A stretch of DNA of 64,000 nt. Origin: Octopus sinensis. Taxonomy: Eukaryota. The position numbers and the translations under genes are program-made. Below, in pieces: positions 26,817 to 39,594 of this stretch. The stretch covers positions 7,316,001 through 7,380,000 of the forward strand of contig NC_043006.1 in NCBI RefSeq assembly GCF_006345805.1, read 5' to 3'. The notes below the pieces were generated by a model. That model was not told the origin of the DNA. It worked only from the letters and a program-made list of their open reading frames with translations, and did no database searches. The number at the start of each line of letters is the position of its first letter. The first letter of the stretch is position 1.

Positions 26817-26918
26817 TGTGTGTGTGTCGATGTGAGTTCCTATGCACTATTTACATTTCTCAGCGTCAAGAACTGCATGTACTGGGAACTGTTTAGATGT
26901 ATACATAAATGTGTGTGT

Positions 26919-26997
<79 letters not shown>

Positions 26998-28139
26998 TAT
27001 ACATAAATATATATATACATACATACATATATACATGCACATCATACACATATATTTATGTATATGTATGTATTTCTATTTTGGTGTATGTATGCCTTTA
27101 AAAAAACAAAACATATATATATACAAAATCACAAACATTTACGTACATATATATTCGTATGAGCATACACATATTTATACTTGCGTATAAGTATGTATGC
27201 GTATATACAAAAATAACTGAATAACATCCAATAAAATTCAAGTTGTTATTGATCGTATTTTTTCAGTAAAAAAAATCTATATAAAAATAGAATAATGCTG
27301 CCAGCCCCTTATAAAACGAGTGTGAAATATTTACTTGTATTTTATCTGCAGTACATAAATCTGTTAAACCGCTTTATTGAAAAGATAGTGCATTTAACCT
27401 ATGACATACCGATGCCACTTATCTGGTGTTATAGCGATAACTTGACTGTAAAATTATTTTGTAGCTTTCTATGACATTATTTACTTCAAAGAAAACTCAC
27501 TATTGTATAAAATTTAGGAATTAGCTACCATAGTAGATATATCTATGCAATGTGAGTATTAAGTCCATTCTGTTTTGTTTGAAAGTGTATGTAGGTGTAA
27601 CGTTTATTGTAGACATAATTGTACACATCTTTAGGTGTATGAAAAACCGCAGCGTGAGTGACTTGCGACTGTATTCAAGTACTAGATCAGGCATTTGAAG
27701 AATTGCCGTCAACGATTAGTCATTATTATCATGCTATATATCTATATATAAATAGACAACTCTTTAAATCAACGTTGCTAATGGCCATTAATTAATATAA
27801 AGGTTCTTCCCATTATATAGATGAAAACTTTCTCATGACTTGCGGTATAAGTATGTACTACTTTACATATAAATACTCATCAATTGTCAATCGTTAACCT
27901 TCGACATGACGTTGACCCTTCGCTTTCCTTGGGTACTTGCCAAAGGCAAGGATTGCATGAAAATTCCCTTCAACCTGAGACATCTAGGTTAATGTTTCAC
28001 ATAAAACTAGACTCAATATGTTAAATACAGAACCTACAGAGGTTGTTCCTTCATAAATTACAGGTAGTAATATCGACCCCGAAGATAAAAATAAAAGGAA
28101 GAGATTTCAACTTGGGGGTGATTCACGCAAAATTACTTA

Positions 28140-28230
28140 AGTTGCATGAACTTGGAGTCAGCATCTCCGATGATTTTTCATGGAGACCCACATTTACGTC
28201 ATTAACAAGACAGAATTTAAAGTATTTGTA
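28140..28230 (+). pseudogene. Possible ancient LINE RT remnant
   Basis: ELGVSISDDFSWRP resembles the DLGVxIxxxLSWxxH motif of CR1/L2-type RTs; very short. Confidence 0.3.
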
Positions 28231-28510
28231 TTTTACCAGGGTCTGAATATATATATTGCGCTATGCTCAGTTGCTGATGCACACACATACACACAAACAC
28301 ACTCACCATACTACTCTAGAGACTTAGTGCAGCTGCTATCCTCACACGCAGAATGAAGACAATCAAGCAATTAATAAAATTCGCTCGACGCAACCAGGGC
28401 GTTCTTCGAGAATTGGTATTCGATCCGTCATCCCTATCATTCAAATAAACATTATGTGCAAACTTCACTCGTGTTTCGTTTCAGTGCTTGTGTATGTGTG
28501 TATGCAAATA

Positions 28511-28930
28511 TCTTATGTATTATAAACGGCATTTCCTCTCTGACTGTTACCATCTTGCTGCCAAAACCAGCGAACCAATCTTTACGAAATTTTGCATGCA
28601 TGTTAAACTAACATCCATCTCAATGATAGGCTAATTGGACTTCAATAAAAATGGGCCCTCGAAAGGGGTTGGGCTATTATATGATAAAATGAGGAGGGTG
28701 CAAATTGTGATACCCATGATGGGGGTGGCTGATATTAGGGACGTGGGGCGAGAGGAAGAGACAAAGAGACAGAGAATGTGAGAGATAGAGAAAGAGAGCG
28801 AGAGACAGGGACAGAGAGGGAGAAAGAGAATGTGTTTACTGAAGGGAACAGCGAATTTTAGTACTTTGTCCTTTAATTTTTACCTGTCACTTAACGCAAA
28901 CGATTTAGTGAATTAACTATCGTAAGGTCA
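28511..28930 (+). mobile_element. Possible non-autonomous Helitron remnant
   Basis: Starts A|TCTTATGTATTATAAACGGC, similar to the 61918 element start; no clear CTAG end. Confidence 0.35.
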
Positions 28931-29895
28931 ATCAAAACTTTTACAACATATCCAACAGCAAATATCAGACTAACAATTGAAAGGGAAAGTTTTTTTATAT
29001 TTGTTTTCAAATCACTGTAATAAGATTTATTAAAACTTTACCAACGTACTGAAACAGTAACAACATAGATAATGACATTCCTTTTCTTCCATAGGTGAAC
29101 AGCTCGCCGTTGTGGGGGCAATTTTTATAATAAAATGTATTATATAAATTTCTACTTATTCCATGCCTGACCATGCTTTCCCTGAGGGATTTGTGCAAGT
29201 TATAACAGAATTAATTCATTCATGACCTTTTACCTTTTTAAATTATTTACGTGTTTGTTCTAACGTTTCCTATGAGTTTATTCATTAGAACTTAAGACTT
29301 CAGAATTTCTTACAACTTTGGACGTCGTAATGCTTTCCTTTTGTTTGTTTAATAAAAATTCCTCCCTCCTCGTAATGATTTTGCTTTCATTATGTGATAG
29401 ACAACTATCGTGCAGAAAATGCCAGCTTCCAAATCTTGTTTCCGCGTTAGGCAAAAACTGATGAAACTTTTACTGCAATTTTACTGGAAATAACAAAATC
29501 GGATTTAACATGGAAAATTTATTTCAATGCACCAAATTTGAAAATTTTAACGTAATTTTAAAATTTCACAAGCCATTTGTTTATCTATGCTGAAGAGGGC
29601 AAGACCGAAAAGGTAATATATCAAGAGGCTCAGCAAAATTGATAATAATCAACCATCAATCATTTCATAGTCGCACATCGTTAATCCTCTAATCCTTCCA
29701 ACCGTCCACCAAATCAACTTTGATATTACCTTACCGTTAAAATCAATCAATTTTATGATTCAACTGCATTACTTGCCAGTATTTGTAAATCTATTTCTAC
29801 TTTAATCGGGAACTGAACAGAGGACGGAATAGGATACGGGAACGAGAACTAGAAATACCCCTGCTTTTCCAGAAATTACCGGGTAATTCAGCTAG

Positions 29896-29973
<78 letters not shown>

Positions 29974-29996
29974 GATAGATAGATAGATAGATAGAT

Positions 29997-30043
<47 letters not shown>

Positions 30044-30045
30044 CA

Positions 30046-30636
30046 TCTGTATACATAAATGTTTAATGGTATCTGTATGTGTCCAACCGATTTTAATGAT
30101 TTTTGGCACATACGTAGATCACACACTCTGAAGTTCAAATAAGACCGGAATTTTTTGAACACTTGATAATGCTCAGTTGGCATCAACTTATGAGAGCTCA
30201 ATGGAGCATTTGGAGACGTTACAGGACTGAATTACATCAAACAAGATTTTAAAAAATACAGTCAAGTCTCCAGTACACCCATGAAGACATCTTCGGCACT
30301 AGCTGCCTCGAAACTCCACTGTAAGTACCTCTTTACAAATGTAAACTCATTTTCTCAAAATACGTTCTTCAAGTCTTCATTTATTACTTCAGCATCACTT
30401 TGCTGCACCATTGAACGCATCGTCGTCAGCTGCAAGAACACCGCTCCGTCGAGTGCTCTGACCATTTTTCCTCCGCCTGCCACAGATCTACTCCTCCTGC
30501 AGCACCCTGCCGAACCAGATATAATATCTCAATTGGTAATAGTTGGCACGGGCGACGTAGAAGATTTCAATACAAGGTCAGAGGTGGGTTTAACTTCATC
30601 ACGGAAAACACGAGCAACGCCGGGTCCAACAGATAG
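30046..30636 (+). mobile_element. Non-autonomous Helitron with GC-rich internal segment
   Basis: 5' A|TCTGTATACATAAA; 3' GAGCAACGCCGGG hairpin motif shared with 36928 and 61918 elements, ending GATAG (decayed CTAG). Confidence 0.6.
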
Positions 30637-30792
30637 CATATACAGATATATAAGGTGCACTAGTTTGGTTCTCCAATATACAGATAGAAAAGAGATGTAA
30701 CCAAAAATTCTTACAAATTGACATACAGAACTACCACTCCTCTATAAACTCTATTGTTTTTAATAGCACTCTCATTTTCGCCAGGAGATATA

Positions 30793-31015
30793 TATTTCTT
30801 TACTACCCACAAGGGGATAAACACAGAGGGGACAAACAAGGACAGACAAGAGGATTAAGTCGATTATATCGACCCCAGTGCGTAACTGGTACTTTATTTT
30901 CGACCCCGAAAGGATGAAAGGCAAAGTCGACCTCGGCGGAATTTGAACTCAGAACGTAACGGCAGACGAAATACGGCTACGCATTTCGCCTGGCGTGCTA
31001 ACGTTTCTGCCAGCT
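30793..31015 (-). mobile_element. SINE family B, monomer
   Basis: Body match; TSD CAGGAGATATA at 30782-30792 and 31016-31026. Confidence 0.92.
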
Positions 31016-31139
31016 CAGGAGATATACCAACCTAAATATGAGAGAGATAAACGTGATACTTACTGCCCGAAAGACTGTTTTCGAATTTGATAACAAACTA
31101 TGGTCCAGGAAAGATACACCGGACCGATTTGATATCAAG

Positions 31140-31611
31140 GGAAGTTTGTAACTTATTTCCCCTTCCTATACCTGATTCATTTTAATAAGCTGTACTTCTC
31201 TCACAGCCTTATATTTGCTCCTATTCTTTTTCTGCTCTTTTCAATAATGACAAATACACTGTACCTATTGTTAACTGCTTATCATATATATTAGACCTCC
31301 TAACCACTTAGACCCTCTGCAGAAGCCTAGAGGCACAGTCATCTTCCAAACCTTATCTGTCCATCGCTACAGAGCACTGAAGGGATGGAGATGGGATGGA
31401 GGATTTCGTTGCCTCTTAGCAGAAACGGCCGTAAGGAACTGATCTGTTGCTCTTTTCTGTAATATTGATACATGTGTGTGTGTAGCACATGGTTACTACG
31501 CGTCTATGTTTTCTTCTTATATTTGCCAATGCTTTGGAATAAATAGACACACTGGAATGTCTACCGGTTGATGTATGTCGTTTTGTATCCTCTCCATTTT
31601 CGTATTTACCA
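31140..31611 (+). mobile_element. Dispersed ~470-bp repeat, possibly Penelope-like (copy 2)
   Basis: Inverted relative to 25501-25970; ends at (TA)n/(TATG)n. Confidence 0.75.
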
Positions 31612-33599
31612 TATATATATTTATATATATATATATATAAATATATATATGTCTGTATATATGTATGTATGTATGTATATGTATATATGTATGTGTGTAT
31701 GTATGTATGTATATGTATATATGTATGTGTGTATGTATGTATGTATGTATATATGTATGTATGTATGTATGTATTGCATGCACACGGACAGACAGACGTG
31801 TATGTGAGTAGGGAATGCTAGAAAGATAGTAATTTTAAAAACTTTTTTTCAGAAAACGATGAGAAATATTGCTCCATGAATCGAAAATGTTATTTTTATG
31901 CGTATTTTATTATAGTCATTCAACTTGTTTTCTTTTTATATGGTAAAGATTTTTTGTTTACATTCTGTACTTAATTACTATTTTATAACAGTATTACCTT
32001 TCCCAGCAGTAGCATTACAGTGTCCTTCTTTCTTTTTGTGAGAAAGTAATTTTTAAAGGTTGATTATTTTCTATATGGTCGTATTTTTTATGTAAATAGA
32101 TACGGCTTGATCAATGTCGTTCGCTGCCATTAAAAGAATAAAACTTTTCGTTACATACAAGGATGAATAGAGTTCCTTCCCCCTTGATGAATATCTGAAA
32201 TTAAAGTTCGGCAGAAGAGACCTTACCAGATGTACACTAGACAGCTCTTTACTGCTAAACGTAAATTATTCTATCAAAATAAAAAAATCTATCAAAATCA
32301 ATATCGAAAAAAATGTAAAGTCTGGACCACCTAAAAGAAATAATAATAGTTCAAGAGATGAAAAAGAAACAGCAAGTAGACCGTCACATCTTTAATAAAA
32401 CAAAATCTAGTAAGGAGGAGATAAGAGAGGTGTTTAGAAACACAAATAGATTTGTGATATTATCCGCAAAATATTGTCATCGATAAACCAATATTACTGA
32501 TAGAAAACACAAGGAAATGAGCTAGCAAAATCTTCATTACATTGGGTAAAGCGTTTAGGCCGGGTCGACTTTCCCTTTTTTCCTTTCAGTTGTAGTCATT
32601 ATTATCAACTAATCCCCTCTCCCTAAAATTGCAATTCTTTTATCAAAATTTGAAACCGATACTGATAGAAACGAGTTCTTTATTTGTACAACAAAAGAAA
32701 GCACTTCTAAACATTTTCAGATGAATCACGATGTTTTATTTCGCCCCGTTTGTTATCAAAGATATGTGCAGAAGAAAATTTAAACAAAAGTTTTCTAGAG
32801 CTGTTATAATGTGTTGGGAAGTATCGCTGCCAAGTATTTGAATCAATATTCTCTAAATTATTCCAAAATGTTACACTAAGTTATTAGATAATAGTAGAAG
32901 GAACAAATATACGATTAAAATTTTCTCCCTTTAGAAAAGTCCATGCACTCTCAGCATTCTTTATATAACATTATTATAATGTCAGCTCGTTTCCTGGAGA
33001 GAAAAAAAACTGCTAATAGAAACAGTTTTCAAATTTTTAAGTACAAAACCATTACAAAAAAAATAATAAAACATAGAAGAATATTTGAACAATTTGAAAT
33101 ATGTTTCCAGGGATGTAACTATAAGCACATTTATAACCTTTATTCAAATCTTTACTGTAAGACATTTACTCAGTTATAGCAGACCATTATGTCAAAGGTG
33201 AATTTCAGAATTCTTAAGGCCTAAAATCATAATTTGCAGAATTTCAGGAAGAATGTTACAACATTTAGAATCTACATTATTGAAAATGTCTTTTGTCGGT
33301 ATGATCTAAAAAAATAAAAATTAATCAAAGTACAACCGTGCATTATATTTTCGTTCTGCATAAACAATTTTTTAAAGAAACAGAATTAATGATTTGATTT
33401 ATAAATTATAAAATTTATATTTTATTTAATCAAGTCTGGGTTTTGTGTTATTGTCAATGTTGTTTAGCCGCAAGTGAACGCTGATGAAACATACCAAAGA
33501 TGATCTTTCCAGTCGTGACTATCCATTTTGGCCCTCCCTCCTTCGTATTATCCTCTCTTTCCTTTCTCTCGCTCAATCTATTCTCTGAATATGTTCTTA

Positions 33600-33803
33600 C
33601 ATTCTTTCACTAGTTTCAGAAATTTGACCGCGGCCATGCTGCAGTACCGCCTTTTTAGTCGAGCAAATCGACCTCGGGACTTATTCTTTGCAAGCCTAGT
33701 ACTTATTCTATCGAACTGCTAAGTTACGGGGACGTAAACACACCAGCATCGGTTGTCAAGCGATGTTGGGAGGACAAATACAGACACACGAACATATACG
33801 TAC

Positions 33804-33840
<37 letters not shown>

Positions 33841-33849
33841 ATATATATA

Positions 33850-33885
<36 letters not shown>

Positions 33886-34038
33886 CTATACGACGGGCTT
33901 CTTTCAGTTTCCGTATACCAAATCCACTCACAAAGCTTTGGTCCGCCCGAGGCTATAGTAGAAGTCACTCGACTAAGGTGCCATGCTGTGGGACTGAACA
34001 CGGAACCATGCACCTATCCACACAGCCACCCCTGCACC
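33600..34038 (-). mobile_element. SINE family A, diverged near full length
   Basis: Alignable to 5040-5459 with deletions. Confidence 0.85.
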
Positions 34039-34089
34039 GATATGTTGGTATTTCTAGTATATGGGTGGATATGTGTGTGTATTTATGCA

Positions 34090-34125
<36 letters not shown>

Positions 34126-34206
34126 CGTGTGTGTGTATTTACACTCAGATACATTGTTATTTCGATATTTTCGTTTACTTTATATATTTTGACTAATAAA
34201 TTGCCA

Positions 34207-34348
34207 TACTTCTCCGGTGTAAAATATTGACGCAATCTTCATTTCAAATTACTTTCCGGTAATCTGAAGTTAAGTTTATATTACCCCCGGAGTAACCCGA
34301 ACTTGATTTCGCATTACTCCGGAAATATTCACATAACTCCGCTTCCTG
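34207..34348. promoter_or_regulatory. Cluster of TTAC(N)CCGG(A)GTAA-like motifs, possible regulatory element
   Basis: Four to five related CCGG-centred motifs and ATTGACGCAAT within ~140 bp of otherwise AT-rich unique DNA. Confidence 0.25.
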
Positions 34349-34509
34349 ATTTAGCTGAACTGCTAAGCATCACGATTATTACGTTTATTGCATAATATAT
34401 CGATAAAATGTTGTGTGGGGGACTTTCCATTGCAAAATGTAATAAAAAATATTTTTACAGCTATTATATACAGCTATTAATATCATTACTATTATTATTA
34501 TTAATATTT

Positions 34510-34580
34510 TTCTTCTTCTTCTTCATCTTCTTCTTCTTCTTCTTCTTCTTCTTCTTCTTCTTTTCTTCTTCTTCTTCTTC

Positions 34581-34623
<43 letters not shown>

Positions 34624-34627
34624 CATA
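34510..34627. repeat. (CTT)n-(ATT)n compound microsatellite
   Basis: Direct inspection; abuts the 3' end of family E copy 1. Confidence 0.95.
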
Positions 34628-35181
34628 GAGTGAGCGAGCAGTGCATGCCATCAAAGTGACACTGGGGTAAAATATACGAAGCCCAGTATACCCATCATGA
34701 CTACCCATCTGATAAGGGTACAACAGGCACATGCATCACAACCATATGTGCGCGACATGGTGATCTCATATCAAGATAAACAGCACATGACCTTGCAGGT
34801 GGGCCCCAGTTAGAATTTTCTTCAGATCGAGTAACCCATCCCGCTCAAAAGGTCCCTGAATAAGGGTGTTTAAGGACGTTGAACGAAACACCCATGTTTC
34901 CAGAGGTGAATTATTCAAACCCCAAAGAATCCTTCTCAACACATGGCTATGATGCTCCCCCACTACTTCTGCTCGTGATCAGAGATGCACATATCGTCAG
35001 CCACTAAGGGACATGCTCAACTGGTTAAGGTCAAACAACTGACAAGCAAATCTGTGGTATTGAGCAGAATATTTGCTGTAGCCCATCTTTTATGCCAAGA
35101 CAAAACAATGTACATGATAACACTTCCAATCAGTTAAGATCAGAAGCCATGAGAGCCACTGCCTGGCACCGCATCAGGGCA
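34628..35181 (-). mobile_element. Family E: non-coding ~555-bp retroposon in (TAA)n, full copy
   Basis: Three copies in window, all with the same end (..GCACTGCTCGCTCACTC on minus) against triplet arrays; (TAA)n on both sides; no long ORF, no TIRs. Confidence 0.85.
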
Positions 35182-35249
<68 letters not shown>

Positions 35250-35661
35250 GGCGGCGAGCTAGCAGAAACGTTAGCACGCCAGGCGAAATGCTTAGCCGTA
35301 TTTCGTCTGCGTTACGTTGTGAGTTCAAATTCCGCCGAGGTCGACTTTGCCTTTCATCCTTTCGGGGTCGATAAATTAAGTACCAGTTACGCACTGGGGT
35401 CGATGTAATCGACTTAATACCTATGTCTGTCCTTGTTTGTCCCCTCTGTGTTTAGCCCCTTGTGGGTAATAAAGAAATAGGTATTTCGTCTGCCGCGACG
35501 TTCTGAGTTCAAATTCCGCCGAGGACGACTTTGCCTTTCATCCTTTCGGGGTCGATAAATAAAGTACCAGTTACGCACTGGGGTCGATATAATCGACTTA
35601 ATCCGTTTGTCTGTCCTTGTTTGCCCCCTCTATGTTTAGCCCCTTGTGGGTAATAAAGAAA
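35250..35661 (+). mobile_element. SINE family B, form with duplicated 3' part
   Basis: GGCGGCGAGCT head; same AAAGAAATA-GGTATTTCGTC junction (~35480) as the 21067 copy. Confidence 0.93.
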
Positions 35662-36927
35662 CATATAACAATACTTCTAAATACAGGAGCTGGAATTAGC
35701 ATTATTTTCTCTGTAAGTCCTTCAGGATATTCAATGCCAAAACGTTTTCTAATGAACATTTAAAACCTTTACTTAACAGTTTAGATAATATTTGATATAC
35801 ACCTTTTCTTAAGATGTATCAGATTTTGATAACTAAAAGCGAACACAAATCTTTTTATTCCATTCGTTTATCACTCGTTGCAGATAAAGCACCTAGTTGC
35901 TAATATATTACAGCAGCATTTATTTAGAAAGAAAATATTAATGTAGCAGTCAAGATATAGAATAATGTTTTAGCATCAGATTAATAGATAATAATATGAT
36001 TATTAAAGGAAAATATTCCAGTTAGAATTTTTAAATAGCCTACATTCTTAGTTACTCGTTTATATGATGAAAATGTGTAGATGCGTAGATATTTATGCGA
36101 AAAATATATGAAAATTATATCTGAAAATGAAATATACGGCATTTAACTTTCCTGAAACTAATGCATAATTAGTGATTTATTTTTTATAGCCTTCAATATG
36201 ATAAGTAGATACCGGCTAACACTTACATAAAAACTAAAACATGTAGCTTTTTCACCAAACCGTATTATTGAATTCTGTATTGTTATCGAGATGTTGTACC
36301 TCTGTTAATATATACATATGATCGTTTATAATGCTTGTGTGTGACGCTATACATCATGGATGTATTATCATTCCCTGTTACCTGAAATTTATATGGATTT
36401 TTTTGTCATTAAATAGGTATGTGTTGTGTATTTTTGATTGTTTGCATAGAAAAAGCTGTATTACCTGCAACAAATATGGCTGGTAGTAAAAGCTTCTCCC
36501 TTAATGATTAAATGTAAAAGTTAGCGCTGAATGATTCCTGCGTTTACAGGGATGGTACAACTTTTTTTTATCGATGTTTTTAGCTATTGATCTGATATGC
36601 ATGACTCACAGTTACGTCGCTACAATTGGCTTCTCACTATTCACACATTAATCAATTACCTGTAATAAAATTGAACGACACTGGAGTGCTCATCATCTGT
36701 TTCTTGTATGACAACATGCTTTAGAATATATTAAAGGGATGAAATAATAGTATAATGTATTCACTCCATACATCTGGTTTGACAAAAGAGCGTGTGTGTT
36801 ACTGCGAAAGACCTTTTACTCAGCTAGAAACCAAACTATTTTCTGAATCACTGTTGCCTTTCCGTAAAGTATGAGTGATTTTGCTTTTTATATCATAAGC
36901 ATTGAACTCATCTCGTACTCTGACTAA

Positions 36928-37221
36928 TCTTTATATATAAAAGTCAAGTTGTGTGTCTGTCTCCTACGATTTAGATTCCTAACTACTCCCACATTTTGCG
37001 GTGCAGTTTTTTTTCCATTTTAATGCATTTTTTCGATATTATATAAGGGAAGTAACTCTCTAAAAATGTCTATGATGAGTCAACGATTTAAAAAAAAAAT
37101 TATCATAATTTTTTTTCCATTTTTAATGCATTTTTTTGCTATTTTTTGGCTATAACTCTCTAAAAATGCTTATATAGTTATTTCCCTTACAAACCCGAGC
37201 AACGCCGGGCGATACTGCTAG
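36928..37221 (+). mobile_element. Non-autonomous Helitron
   Basis: A|TC 5' end, CCCGAGCAACGCCGGG hairpin followed by CTAG|T 3' end, A^T insertion without TSD; last ~110 bp shared with 62200-62319. Confidence 0.85.
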
Positions 37222-37494
37222 TATTCAATAATTCTACAATGAATGTGTCTGAATAAAGCAATGGGATGTACAACGCGTATTTAAAAACGGGTACACTCTG
37301 AGATTGAAAATAACGTATGCTACGGACAGTCATCTCACATGTTGGTTATTTGCTACCCATCCAGATTGAGACACTGAATACATAATATGTTTGCGATCAA
37401 TTCTCCAACATAACTGAATTCAAATTAAATAATAACATTTAAGTTCGCAAATACACGCATATAAACAACCAAATGTATGTATTCTAAGCTATAT

Positions 37495-37730
37495 ACTCTT
37501 ACTCTCTTTTTACTCTTTTATTTGTTACAGTCATTTGACTGCGACCATGCTGGAGCACCGCCTTTAGTCGAGCAAATCGACCCCGGGACTTATTCTTTGT
37601 AAGCCCAGTACTTATTCTATCGGTCTCTTTTGCCGAACCGTTAAGTCACGGGGACGTCAACACACCAGCATCGGTTGTCAAGCAATGTTAGGGGGACAAA
37701 CACAGACACACAAACACATACACACATACA
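37495..37730 (-). mobile_element. SINE family A, 3' half
   Basis: Body and tail match. Confidence 0.9.
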
Positions 37731-38038
37731 AGAGGGACAAAGAGAGAGAGCGTGAGAGCACCGTGTTTGAATGCAGTTGTAGCTTGAATGTCGTGTAGTC
37801 GGTAAACAAGGAACAATGATAAAATGGCGTCTATCGACCAATGTCATATGACTATCTATAAAATCAGTTAAGTCATAGATATTTAACCTTTTAATGGTTA
37901 TCTCTCCCATCGGATTAAATGTTTGCTAAAGCCATGTACGATGATGGCTGTCTAAACGGTCACAGTTAAGTAAACACCTTGAGAAATCATTGTAGAAGTT
38001 ATCCTCGGAAATATATACATACACACATACATACACAC

Positions 38039-38152
<114 letters not shown>

Positions 38153-38685
38153 CTACGCATGTATTACTGTGTTACTGTGGTTGTGTTTGAGGAAGCGTGC
38201 TTATGGGAAATTGATATCGGATTTGTCAAATCTCAAAGCAACTAACGAACTCTTTCTAGTAGGAACAAATATCGAGATTTTTTATTGTCACTAGGAACTT
38301 TTATATTGCAGTAAAAAAAAAATGCATTTATTTGCTATAGTAAAAATATTTCTTTCAACAACGATAGAAGGACGATCAAACAACATATTGCTACTAATAA
38401 TATTAATTATATAGCAACTGTTCAAAAAAAAAACTATCAAGTCGCAACCTGTTTCAACTTGACTGCTGCCGACCCAAATTGTGTTCTACATTCCGCCATC
38501 AGTAATTCTATCCAGACAGTAATTACTTCTTTTATCTTTCTTTATTTGCTTCTCAATGAATAATACAGTGTCAAGCAATTCTGTTATCAAAATATGAACT
38601 ACGCATCATCATCATCATCCTCATCATCATCATTATTATCATAATAATAATAATAATAATAATAATTATTATTATTATTATTATT

Positions 38686-38997
38686 GAGTGAGCGAGCAGA
38701 GCATGCCATCAAAGTGACACTGGGGTAAAATATACGAAGCCGTCTGATACGGGTACACCAGGCACATGCATCACAACCATATGTGCGCGACATGGTGATC
38801 TCATATCAAGATAAACAGCACATGACCTTGCAGGTGGAGCCCAGTTAGAATTTTCTTCAGATCGAGTAACCCATCCCGCTCAAAAAGTCCCTGAATAAGG
38901 GTTGTTTAAGGACGTTGAACGAAACACCTATGTTTCCAGAGGTGAATTATTCAAACCCCAAAGAATCCTTCTCAACACATGGCTATGATGCTCCCCC
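38686..38997 (-). mobile_element. Family E, 5'-truncated copy in (TAA)n
   Basis: Near identical to the 3' part of copy 1 (from 34628 to ~34960) with a small deletion; truncation point joins directly to (TTA)n. Confidence 0.85.
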
Positions 38998-39068
<71 letters not shown>

Positions 39069-39071
<3 letters not shown>

Positions 39072-39443
39072 TAGTTTTATTTTTATAGCGTGCTCTCACT
39101 TCACTACCGAGCGCAGCTCTGTGTGCCTTGGGTATGTGCTGTGATTTGTTGTGATGCTCTGATTGTTATTGTATCGAAAGTGTTTTGCGTAGGATGTGCG
39201 CAGTGCCCAGTAGTGAAATTTTCTGTATGTTATATGTGTTTGTAAATCCTGGTGTTTTTGTTATGTATTTGTCTGAATATTTTTTTATCATACCTAATGC
39301 GCCTACTATGATAGGAATTGTTTCTGTTTTTAGATTTCACATTCGAGTTACCTCTATTTCCAGGTCTTTGTATTTTGAAAGTTTCTCCATTTCTTTTAGA
39401 GACACGTTTTCATCTGCTGGTATTGATACATCAATTTGAAATC

Positions 39444-39445
<2 letters not shown>
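39069..39445 (-). mobile_element. R4/Dong LINE, short 3' fragment (second subfamily)
   Basis: Minus strand reads IDVSIPADENVSLKEMEKLSKYKDLEIEVTRM*NLKTETIPIIVGALG..GTAHILRKTLS; ~100-nt 3' UTR unlike that of 46757; (TAA)n on both sides. Confidence 0.9.
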
Positions 39446-39503
<58 letters not shown>

Positions 39504-39553
39504 CATCATCATCATCATCATCATCTTCATCATCATCATCATCATCGTCATCG

Positions 39554-39590
<37 letters not shown>

Positions 39591-39594
39591 TATT

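Noticed and set aside
25501-31611. One large TIR transposon bounded by the inverted 470-bp repeats
   Set aside because: No transposase, TSD or coherent internal sequence; kept only as an inverted pair.
34628-35181. Family E as a snoRNA cluster, U1/U6 derivative, or HDV-like ribozyme carrier
   Set aside because: Only short chance-level matches (GTAGTGGGGGA, GATCACGA, CTGATG); no proper C/D boxes or HDV pseudoknot found by eye. An Rfam search would settle it.
36378-36664. Three minus-strand YAG|GTAA sites as recursive splice sites or an exon
   Set aside because: Expected by chance in AT-rich DNA; no host gene established.
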